Shown piece after piece: positions 1 through 7,866 of a stretch of 27,063 bases of DNA; positions within the stretch are counted from its first letter, which is position 1, and every line of letters begins with the position of its first letter. The stretch lies in the NCBI GenBank assembly GCA_049510745.1, contig JBEKYR010000060.1, forward strand, positions 1 to 27,063, in the 5' to 3' direction. The notes under the pieces are model-generated. The model made no database searches and was not told where the DNA came from. It saw nothing but the letters and a program-made list of their open reading frames with translations. This DNA is from Verrucomicrobiota bacterium. GTDB taxonomy: Bacteria; Verrucomicrobiota; Verrucomicrobiia; Limisphaerales; Palsa-1400. The translations under genes were made by a program, and so were the position numbers.

Positions 1-140
1 CTGCCGCGCGTCCGGGGCGCAGAGGGGTCTTCATGAGCCAGTCGGGCGGGCCGGCGGGCACATCTCGGTTTTTGGACCTCCTGCGACCCTGTCCGATCCC
101 TGCCAAAAACTGAGCTGCGCGCCCTGGAGGGCCGCTGCAA

Positions 141-175
141 ATTGGTCATTGAAAATTGCATATTGCTCATTGAAC
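141..175. repeat. 7-bp period tandem array with ATTG core, 5 units
   Basis: ATTGGTC ATTGAAA ATTGCAT ATTGCTC ATTGAAC read directly; ends 12 nt before the trpS ATG. Confidence 0.8.
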
Positions 176-187
176 ATATCTCCCGCC

Positions 188-1153
188 ATGCGAATTTTAT
201 CCGGCATCCAGCCCTCCGGGGCGCTGCACCTGGGCAATTATTTCGGGATGATGAAACCCTCCATCGAATTGCAGCAACAGGGGGAAGCCCTCTACTTCAT
301 CGCCAACTACCATTCGATGACCTCCCTGTTCGACCCCGCCGAACGGCGCCGCAACACCCTGGACGTCGCCCTGGATTTCCTGGCCTGCGGCCTGGACCCT
401 GGCAAGACGCTGCTCTTCCGCCAATCCGACGTGCCGGAAGTGACCGAGCTGGCGTGGATGTTGACCACCCTCACGCCCATGGGCCTGTTGGAGCGATGCA
501 CCAGCTACAAGGACAAAATCGCCCGCGGCCTCGCCCCCTATCACGGTCTGTTCGCCTATCCGGTGCTGATGGCCGCGGACATCTTGATTTACGATTCCAA
601 CATCGTCCCGGTCGGCCGCGACCAAAAGCAGCACGTCGAAATCACCCGCGACATCGCCATCAAATTCAACGAGGCCTACGGCGAAACCTTTGTTCTGCCC
701 GAACCGCGCATCCGCGAGGAGACCGCCACGGTCCCCGGAACCGACGGCCAGAAGATGAGCAAAAGCTACGGCAACACCATCGAGATTTTCGGCGACGAAA
801 AAGTCCTGCGCAAAAAAGTCATGTCCCTCAAAATGGACAGCCGCACGCCGCAGGAGTCAAAACCCGATGCCGATAAAAACCTGGCGATCCAACTGCTCCG
901 GCTGGTGGCCCCGCCGGCGGAGGCCGGGGATTACGAAGAGCGGCTGCGCGCCGGCGGTTTGGGCTACGGCGATCTGAAAAAGGCGCTCTTCGAGTATTAC
1001 TGGAACTACTTTGCCGCCGCCCGCGCCCGGCGGGCGGAATTGGCCGCCAACCCGGACGCGGTCAATCACGTGCTCGAAAGCAGCGCGGCAAAAGCGCGAA
1101 CGCTGGCCCGCAAAGTCCTCGCCCGCGCCCGCCTGGCCTGCGGGTTGGATTGA
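188..1153 (+). CDS. trpS: Tryptophan--tRNA ligase
   Basis: N-terminus MRILSGIQPSGALHLGNYFG (HIGH-type HLGN), YPVLMAADIL, VPVGRDQKQH, KMSKS; start placed at ATG 188 rather than the upstream TTG at 149. Confidence 0.97.
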   Translation: MRILSGIQPSGALHLGNYFGMMKPSIELQQQGEALYFIANYHSMTSLFDPAERRRNTLDVALDFLACGLDPGKTLLFRQSDVPEVTELAWMLTTLTPMGLLERCTSYKDKIARGLAPYHGLFAYPVLMAADILIYDSNIVPVGRDQKQHVEITRDIAIKFNEAYGETFVLPEPRIREETATVPGTDGQKMSKSYGNTIEIFGDEKVLRKKVMSLKMDSRTPQESKPDADKNLAIQLLRLVAPPAEAGDYEERLRAGGLGYGDLKKALFEYYWNYFAAARARRAELAANPDAVNHVLESSAAKARTLARKVLARARLACGLD

Positions 1154-1278
1154 CCCCGCTGAGAGAAAAGACAGCGGCGGAATCGGAACTGCAAATTCTC
1201 AATTCCATTCCGTCATCGACAGCAAGTTCCGCCACGTTTTGCTTTTAACTTGCAAGGCCCGGCGTTAGATTCCCCATC

Positions 1279-3963
1279 GTGGCTCGCAAAGACGCACCGC
1301 AATCTCAGTCGCACGGCTTGAACGATGTGATCGGCATCGTCTTGGGGGCGGCGGCGCTGCTGCTCATGGTCGCGTTGTTCTCCTATGATACGTTCGATTC
1401 GGCCTTGAACCGCGTCCCGCCCAACAACCCGCCCCACAATTTGGGCGGTCCGCTGGGCGCATGGGTCGCGGCCAAGCTGTTTTGGGTTTTCGGCATCGGG
1501 GCCTTTATGATCCCGGTGCTGCTGCTCATGTTTGGCCTCGGCTATATCTTCCAATTCCTGGCCTATTTGCAGCGCCGCTGGCTGTGGGGCGCGGTCTTGC
1601 TCCTCTGCTGCATCGGCTTGGCCAGCGTCTTTGAAATGGATTTCCGCCTGCTCCACCACCTCCAGAAGACTCTCAATGCTCCCAGTGTCGGCGGCCTGAT
1701 CGGCCAGTTCCTCGAACAGGACATCTTGCGTTACGTCGGCAAAGTCGGCGCCACCATTGTCCTGGCCGCCGTCTATCTGATCAGCCTCATTTACCTGACC
1801 AATTTCAAACTGGGCGAATGGTGCCGCCAATTTTGGGCCGCCCGCTTCGGCGGCGTCAAACCCGCCTCCACCCCCGCCGAGAGCGACCTCGAACGGCGCG
1901 CCCGCGAGTTGGAGAAGCAGGCCCGCAGATTGCAGGAGCAAGTCGAACGATCCGGCAGAATCGGCGGCGCCAGGGTTCTCGAACCCGGCGCCTTGGGCGC
2001 GGATCTCCAGCCCGTGCCCGAACCCACCGTGCGCGACTTGAGCGTCCCCCAGGGAAAACCCGGCGAGCGCCCCAAAAAACAGCCGCCCGCCCCGGTTAAA
2101 GAGCCTGTTCCCCCGGATGAGGGCCTGGTCATTCCCGCCAAGGAAGTCGCCGCCGCCACCACCGCCGACATTCTTGGCCGGCCCGCCGAAGCCAAAGCCG
2201 AACCGCCTGCTCCGCCCGTCAAAGTGGAGGAACCCGCCGCGGGCCAAACGCCGCCCGCCGCCGAACCGGAGCCGGCCGAACCCTTGGCCGCCACCGTGGC
2301 CGCGCCCAAACCCAAACCCGCCCCGCGCAAACCCAAACCGATCGCCGCCTCCGCCCCGCCCAAGATCGGCAACTACATCCTGCCCCCGCTGGATTTTCTG
2401 CAATTCCCCGATACCACCACCAAGCCCACCGAATCCAAAGAGGAGTTGATGGCCAATGCGCGCCTCATTCAGCAAACCCTCGCCCAATTCGACATCGAGG
2501 TCGCCCTGGGCGACATCACCAAGGGGCCGACCATCACCCGTTACGAGCTGCATCCGGCCCCCGGGGTCAAGCTCGAAAAAATCGCCGGCCTCAACAGCAA
2601 CATCGCCGCCGCCCTCAAGGCCGAGCGCATCAACGTGCTGACCCCCGTGCCGGGCAAGAGTTCCGTCGGCGTCGAGGTCCCCAATGCCGTCAAGACCAAA
2701 GTCATCATGCGCGATGTCTTCGACTCCGAGGAATGGCGCAACACCAAAGCCCGCATCCCCCTGGCCCTGGGCAAGGATGTCTATGGCCAGGCCGTTGTGG
2801 CCGACCTCTCCGAGATGCCCCACCTGCTCATCGCCGGCAGCACCGGCTCCGGCAAATCCGTCTGCATCAACGCCATCATCACTTCCCTCCTCTACAAATT
2901 CGCCCCCGATCAATTGCGCTTCGTCATGATCGACCCCAAGGTCGTCGAACTCCAGCAATACAACACCCTGCCCCACCTGGTCGTGCCGGTCGTGACGGAC
3001 CCCAAAAAAGTCATCCTCGCCTTGCGCTGGGTCGTCAACGAAATGGAGAAACGCTACCAGATTTTCGCCAGGGTCGGCGTCCGCAACATCCGTTCTTTCA
3101 ACGACCGGCCCAAGCACAAGCCCCTTCCCGCCTCCGAACCCGAATTGCCTCTCCTGGCCCGCAAGGAAAAAGTCGAGGCCGGCTCCGACGGCTTCGCCGT
3201 CCAGTTGGACGAGGAAATCATCGTCCCGCGCGACGAGGAGATCGTCATTCCCGACTACCTCAGTTACATTGTCGTTATTATTGACGAATTGGCCGATCTC
3301 ATGCTCGTCGCCCCCGCCGACGTCGAAATGGCCATCGCCCGCATCACGCAGATGGCGCGCGCCGCCGGCATTCATTGCATCGTCGCCACCCAGCGCCCCA
3401 GCGTGGACGTCATCACCGGCGTCATCAAGGCGAACATCCCCGCCCGCATCGCCTTCCAGGTCGCCGCCAAGGTCGATTCCCGCACCATTCTCGACGTCAT
3501 GGGCGCGGACAAACTGCTGGGCAAGGGCGACATGCTTTACCTGCCGCCCGGCTCGGCGCAATTGAAACGGCTGCAAGGCACCTTGATCACCGACCCCGAG
3601 CTGCAAAGCATCGTGGATTTCATCGCCAGGCAGGGCAAGCCCAGTTACGAAATGGAAATTCACCAGCAGTTGCAGAAAGCCGGCGGCGCCCTCGAATCGG
3701 AGAACGGCGCCAGCGGCGAGGACGAGGACCTCATCCAGCAGTGCATCGAAGTCATCCGCAGCGAGCAGAAGGCCAGCGTCTCCCTCATGCAGCGGCGTTT
3801 GCGCCTGGGCTACACCCGCGCCGCCCGCATCATGGATGAATTGGAACTGCGCGGCATCGTCGGCCCCAGCAAGGGCGCCGAGCCGCGCGACATTCTTATT
3901 GACCTCGATGGCGCCGGCGCCGACGGCCGCCCGCCTTCGCCGCCCGACGAACCGGCGCCGTAA
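1279..3963 (+). CDS. ftsK: DNA translocase FtsK/SpoIIIE (4TM N-terminus, Pro-rich linker, motor, gamma domain)
   Basis: N-terminal hydrophobic helices with NLGGPLGA; Walker A PHLLIAGSTGSGKS; Walker B IVVIIDELADLM; ATQRPSVDVITG; gamma domain SVSLMQRRLRLGYTRAARIMDELE; GTG start. Confidence 0.97.
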   Translation: MARKDAPQSQSHGLNDVIGIVLGAAALLLMVALFSYDTFDSALNRVPPNNPPHNLGGPLGAWVAAKLFWVFGIGAFMIPVLLLMFGLGYIFQFLAYLQRRWLWGAVLLLCCIGLASVFEMDFRLLHHLQKTLNAPSVGGLIGQFLEQDILRYVGKVGATIVLAAVYLISLIYLTNFKLGEWCRQFWAARFGGVKPASTPAESDLERRARELEKQARRLQEQVERSGRIGGARVLEPGALGADLQPVPEPTVRDLSVPQGKPGERPKKQPPAPVKEPVPPDEGLVIPAKEVAAATTADILGRPAEAKAEPPAPPVKVEEPAAGQTPPAAEPEPAEPLAATVAAPKPKPAPRKPKPIAASAPPKIGNYILPPLDFLQFPDTTTKPTESKEELMANARLIQQTLAQFDIEVALGDITKGPTITRYELHPAPGVKLEKIAGLNSNIAAALKAERINVLTPVPGKSSVGVEVPNAVKTKVIMRDVFDSEEWRNTKARIPLALGKDVYGQAVVADLSEMPHLLIAGSTGSGKSVCINAIITSLLYKFAPDQLRFVMIDPKVVELQQYNTLPHLVVPVVTDPKKVILALRWVVNEMEKRYQIFARVGVRNIRSFNDRPKHKPLPASEPELPLLARKEKVEAGSDGFAVQLDEEIIVPRDEEIVIPDYLSYIVVIIDELADLMLVAPADVEMAIARITQMARAAGIHCIVATQRPSVDVITGVIKANIPARIAFQVAAKVDSRTILDVMGADKLLGKGDMLYLPPGSAQLKRLQGTLITDPELQSIVDFIARQGKPSYEMEIHQQLQKAGGALESENGASGEDEDLIQQCIEVIRSEQKASVSLMQRRLRLGYTRAARIMDELELRGIVGPSKGAEPRDILIDLDGAGADGRPPSPPDEPAP

Positions 3964-3989
3964 ACCCGCTGCCAACAGCCTTTCTTCCC

Positions 3990-4367
3990 ATGTGGGTGCC
4001 AAAGTCATCTGAAGAGATTTCCGCGGAGAAACGTTTCGGGCGCCGGCGGCAGGTGCGGACCATGACCGCCATCTGGATCATCCTCGTGATGGTTATTCTC
4101 GTCACCCCTCCGGCGCGCAACCCGTTTTCTGTCTGGTTCGGACTGCATTTGCCCTTTCAAGGGTCCCTTCCTCGAAGGGTCGCTCTTCCCTTGGCGGCCG
4201 GCCTGTTGCTTTTGGCCTCATGCTATTGGTTTCGTTTTTCCAGCAAAGTTCAGACCAAAACATGGCTCTGCCCAAAGTGCGAAACGGTCAAGGCGCCGGA
4301 TGGCAATCCGGACTGCAAGTGCGGCGGCAAATTCGTCGATTTGAACACCGTCAAATGGGTCAAGTAG
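3990..4367 (+). CDS. Small hypothetical membrane protein with C-terminal zinc-ribbon-like motif
   Basis: 125-aa ORF filling the gap after ftsK; two hydrophobic segments, then CPKC-x11-CKCGG. Confidence 0.7.
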   Translation: MWVPKSSEEISAEKRFGRRRQVRTMTAIWIILVMVILVTPPARNPFSVWFGLHLPFQGSLPRRVALPLAAGLLLLASCYWFRFSSKVQTKTWLCPKCETVKAPDGNPDCKCGGKFVDLNTVKWVK

Positions 4368-4396
4368 CCGAACGAGGCTTTCGAGCCGCAAACTCC

Positions 4397-6250
4397 CTAC
4401 CTCAGCGTGAGGGTTTTGCGGTGGTTCTGGTATTCGACGGTGACGGAGGAAGGACCGATCTCCAGGACCATACAATCAGCCACTTGCTGGCTCACGTGCA
4501 TCAGCTTGCCGTTGATGATGGCCGAGGGGTGCTCGGCGGAATAGAATATGCCCTGGAGTTTGAGATCGTTGAAGGCCAGGTCCTCCGCTGAAACGGCGAT
4601 GGCCGGCGGCGGTTCCGCCGCTGTTGGAGGCGCCTCATTTTTCGGCGCCGCGGGGGTTTCCGGCTGCGGCAACGCGGCTGGTTTGGGGGCGGCAGGCGCG
4701 GAAATGGCGGCGGCCACAACCACCGGCGCGGGAGCCGGCGTTGGGGGAGCGGCGGCAGCCGCAACCACCGGCGCGGGAGCTGGCGTGGGCGAAGCAGCCG
4801 GCGTTGGCGGAGCGACTGGGGCGGCGGCAGGCGCAACGGTTTCCGCCAGCGGCTCCTGATTCACCTGCTCCGAAATGTGGTTCAGCCGCATCAGTTCAAG
4901 ACAGAACAGCAACGACACCGTCGCCGCGACACCCAGTCCCCCCAGAAGCCATTGCCGCGGACCCCACGACGGGGAGGGTTCCACACGGGGTCGGACCGGC
5001 GCAGAAACTTCCGGCTTCGGGACGGATTTGACGGGCGGGGCGCTTACTTCCGATTGGGCGGGGGCCGCGATGCCCAGCGCGCGGCACCAATCCGGCAGGC
5101 GGTCGTCCAGGCCAAGTTCCTTCAAGTACGACATGTCAATCTTGGGAGCCGGCAACCCGTCCGGGTCGGCGTTGCTTTCGTGTTCCAGCGTGTTGGCGAC
5201 GTGGACGGCCGTCAGGGCGTTGAAGCTTTTGTCGGCGGATCGGGCGGGATGGTGGTGCAGAGCCGTGGCTTCAATGACTCCCGCCGGCATTCCCCACAGC
5301 CCCAACAGGTAGGCCGCGATTTGCCCGTGGTTCGCTCCGAAAATGTCCGCTTCGACTTCGCACAACTGCAGGTGATTTTTGCGGGCGATGGCATGGGCGC
5401 CGCTGTACTGGCCGTCAAAGTTGGCCGCCAGAATGATTTTCCCCAGGTCGTGCAGCAATCCCGCCGTGAATGCGGCGGCGGCCATCGCGTTGTCCCCGCT
5501 TTCCAGAAACGCCATCTCCTTGGCCACGCGCGCGACATTGGTGCTGTGCCGCCAGACGTTGTCGATCGAGAAATAGACCGGCTTGACCTTGTCGTATTGG
5601 CTCCGGAGTTTGACGCTGATCACCAGCGATTTGACCGTGTCAAATCCGAGCAACCCCACCGCTTCGGCCGGGTCGGTAATGGTCCGCGGCAGGCTGAAGT
5701 AAGCCGAGTTGAGCATTTGCAACAGTTGCGTCGTCATGGCCATGTCCTTGGCCACAATGGCCCCCACCTCCGCCGTCGTGGCGTCGGGATTGTTCAACGC
5801 GCTGACCACTTCCAGGTAAAGCGACGGAATGGTGGGAAAGGCGCGGATGCGGCCGATCAGTTCCCGCATGCTATTATTGATGATGAAGTGATCGGCCGCC
5901 AGGCAGCGTTCAATGGTCGATTTCAGCGCCGCCGTATCGAACGGCTTGGCCAAAAACTGGTTGCCGCCGGCCACATGGCACATGGCCCGCTGCTTTTGAG
6001 CGTCGGAAGCAGCCAGGAAGCGGATGGCTTTCGGATGCGCAATCCGAACAAGATCAAGCAGTTCGGCCCCGTTCAATTCCGGCAAGTCCAGATCAGCGGC
6101 GAGGACATCGCAGGGCTGCGCCTGCATTTCGGCCAGGGCGGCGGGGCCACTGGCGGCGCCCACGACGGTCCAGGCCGGTCCCAAGGCTTGGCGAAATTCG
6201 TCCACAGCCTTCGGGTCGGCGTCCGCAATCATAATGCGTCTATCAGCCAT
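4397..6250 (-). CDS. Receiver + HDOD domain protein with TM helix, Pro/Ala linker and C-terminal GspB/PilP-like domain
   Basis: Receiver: IMIAD...DVLAADLDLPELNG...FLAKPFD. HDOD: FPTIP, LLQMLNSAYFS, AVGLLG, WRHS, AGLLHDLGK, HGQIAAYLLGLWGMP, HHHP. TM WLLGGLGVAATVSLLFCL. C-terminus LKLQGIFYS...SAIINGK...VLEIGPSSVTVEY. Confidence 0.85.
   Translation of the reverse strand: MADRRIMIADADPKAVDEFRQALGPAWTVVGAASGPAALAEMQAQPCDVLAADLDLPELNGAELLDLVRIAHPKAIRFLAASDAQKQRAMCHVAGGNQFLAKPFDTAALKSTIERCLAADHFIINNSMRELIGRIRAFPTIPSLYLEVVSALNNPDATTAEVGAIVAKDMAMTTQLLQMLNSAYFSLPRTITDPAEAVGLLGFDTVKSLVISVKLRSQYDKVKPVYFSIDNVWRHSTNVARVAKEMAFLESGDNAMAAAAFTAGLLHDLGKIILAANFDGQYSGAHAIARKNHLQLCEVEADIFGANHGQIAAYLLGLWGMPAGVIEATALHHHPARSADKSFNALTAVHVANTLEHESNADPDGLPAPKIDMSYLKELGLDDRLPDWCRALGIAAPAQSEVSAPPVKSVPKPEVSAPVRPRVEPSPSWGPRQWLLGGLGVAATVSLLFCLELMRLNHISEQVNQEPLAETVAPAAAPVAPPTPAASPTPAPAPVVAAAAAPPTPAPAPVVVAAAISAPAAPKPAALPQPETPAAPKNEAPPTAAEPPPAIAVSAEDLAFNDLKLQGIFYSAEHPSAIINGKLMHVSQQVADCMVLEIGPSSVTVEYQNHRKTLTLR
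4717..4790. repeat. Intragenic 45-bp period tandem duplication encoding (P)TPAPAPVV
   Basis: caaccaccggcgcgggagc occurs exactly at 4717 and 4762. Confidence 0.75.
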
Positions 6251-6271
6251 ACGATACTGCCTGTCTTCTGA

Positions 6272-6299
6272 CTATCGGCATCTGCCGTTAAAAACTTGA
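6272..6299 (-). promoter_or_regulatory. Sigma-28 (FliA/WhiG-type) promoter for the HDOD gene
   Basis: Minus strand reads TCAAGTTT-N12-GCCGATAG versus consensus TAAAGTTT-N11-GCCGATAA; -10 element ends about 21 nt before the ATG at 6250. Confidence 0.7.
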
Positions 6300-6483
6300 T
6301 AATGAACCTGCCTGCAGCTGCGCAAGTCGCTCCGGGCAAGCGCGATAGAACGCGCCGCCGGCGCCTCACACGGAAACAACTTCCCTTTCAAGCTGTTCTC
6401 AGGTTTGTTGAAAACTGGTTTTTCAGGGCGCAGTTCCTTTTTCGAATGCGCCACGCTCATCTGGCGTATAGACTTCCCCGCCG

Positions 6484-7746
6484 ATGACCTCAGCTTTCAT
6501 CCTGATCTGCGGCGTTTTGATCGCGGCCAAATGGAGCGCGCAAATGGCGCTCGAATGGCTCAACCAGCGGCATGTTCAGGCCCGTGCCGGCGCCGTTCCG
6601 CCCGCCTTTACCGGCACGGTCACACCCGAAACTTACGCCCAATCCGTCGCCTATACGCTGGCCAAAAGCCGCTTCGAGATGATGGATTTGACCTGGAGGG
6701 CCGTGGTTCTCGCCGCCACACTCTTCAGCGGCGTGCTCCCTTGGTTCCACCGCGCTTTTCAACACGCTGCCGGCCCGTCGGTTTGGGCCGGAGCGGCTTT
6801 TTTCCTGGCGGTGGGGGTCTTGTTGTCGGCCACGGATTTGCCCTTTGAATGGCACGTCCAATTCCACCTGGAACAACGCTTTGGCTTCAATACCACCACC
6901 CCCGCCACCTGGTGGCTGGACCGCGTGAAGGGTCTGCTGCTGGGCCTGGCGCTGGGCTATCCGTTGCTGGTTTTGATCTTGAAACTGGCGGGCTGGCTGG
7001 GCGCGGCCTGGTGGTTTTGGGCGTGGGTCTGTCTGGCCGCTTTCCAACTCCTCCTGCTGGTCGTCGCGCCGGTTTTGATCCTGCCCCTGTTCAACAAATT
7101 CACCGCCCTGCCGGCCGGCGCCCTGCGCGACGCCCTGCTCGCCCTGGGCCAACGGGCCGGCTTTCGCGCCCGCGACATCCAGGTGATGGACGGCAGCAAA
7201 CGGTCCCGCCACTCCAACGCTTTCTTCACCGGCCTGGGCCGCTTCCGCAAAATCGTTCTGTTTGACACCCTTGTGCGGCAGTTGGACCAGGCCGAATTGG
7301 AGGCGGTCCTGGCCCACGAGATCGGCCACTACAAGAAAGGCCATGTCGCAAAAACCATCGCCCTGTCCCTGGCCGGTTCGCTCCCGGCCTTTTACCTCGT
7401 TGCGGTGCTGGCCGGGGAAGATTGGTTCTTGCGCGGCTTCGGCTTCGCTCCCGGGCAAATCGCGCCCGCCTTGCTGCTCATCTCCCTGCTCGCCGGCGTG
7501 GTGGCTTTCTGGCTCTCTCCGCTCTTCCATCTTCTGTCGCGCCGCCACGAATACGAGGCCGACGCCTATGCCGCCGCCCTGATCAAAGCGCCTCAGCCCT
7601 TGATCGCCGCCCTGCGCAAACTCAACGAGAAGAACCTGAGCAATCTCACGCCCCACCCCTTCTACAGCGGCTTTTACTATTCCCATCCCACCCTGCTGGA
7701 ACGCGAAGCGGCGCTCACCCGATTGGCCGGCTCCCCGGAAGCCTGA
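6484..7746 (+). CDS. M48 family (Ste24/CAAX prenyl protease-like) integral membrane zinc metalloprotease
   Basis: LEQRFGFN, multiple TM helices, MDGSKRSRHSNAFFTGLG, AVLAHEIGH (HExxH), EYEADAYA, YSHPTLLER. Confidence 0.93.
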   Translation: MTSAFILICGVLIAAKWSAQMALEWLNQRHVQARAGAVPPAFTGTVTPETYAQSVAYTLAKSRFEMMDLTWRAVVLAATLFSGVLPWFHRAFQHAAGPSVWAGAAFFLAVGVLLSATDLPFEWHVQFHLEQRFGFNTTTPATWWLDRVKGLLLGLALGYPLLVLILKLAGWLGAAWWFWAWVCLAAFQLLLLVVAPVLILPLFNKFTALPAGALRDALLALGQRAGFRARDIQVMDGSKRSRHSNAFFTGLGRFRKIVLFDTLVRQLDQAELEAVLAHEIGHYKKGHVAKTIALSLAGSLPAFYLVAVLAGEDWFLRGFGFAPGQIAPALLLISLLAGVVAFWLSPLFHLLSRRHEYEADAYAAALIKAPQPLIAALRKLNEKNLSNLTPHPFYSGFYYSHPTLLEREAALTRLAGSPEA

Positions 7747-7824
7747 CCCGCGGGCGCGCTCCTCAGTGGGATCCCCAATCCTTAGCGACTTTCTGGGAGC
7801 GCATTGTCTTCCCTAATGGTAGAT

Positions 7825-7861
7825 AAAAAACGGCGTGTTTTCAGGAGGGGGTGGAACGCCG
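7825..7861 (-). terminator. Possible intrinsic terminator of the 7867-10833 gene
   Basis: Minus strand CGGCGT...ACGCCG stem followed by six T, 5 nt past the stop; the loop is large and imperfect. Confidence 0.35.
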
Positions 7862-7866
7862 GCGCT

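Noticed and set aside
1..187. T-box riboswitch or Trp attenuator upstream of trpS
   Set aside because: No GGTGG-ACC T-box motif, no terminator U-tract and no Trp-rich leader peptide on the + strand
869..876. GCCGATAA sigma-28 -10 match inside trpS
   Set aside because: Within coding sequence and no -35 element at the right spacing
1213..4008. 931-aa minus-strand ORF opposite ftsK (likewise 4877-6271+, 6490-7686-, 11731-13008-, 15460-16914+, 19186-20406+, 20820-23765+)
   Set aside because: Antisense shadows of real genes caused by high-GC codon bias; no recognisable motifs
4376..4387. GGCT-TTCG-AGCC hairpin between convergent genes as a terminator
   Set aside because: Only a 4-bp stem and no U-tract on either strand
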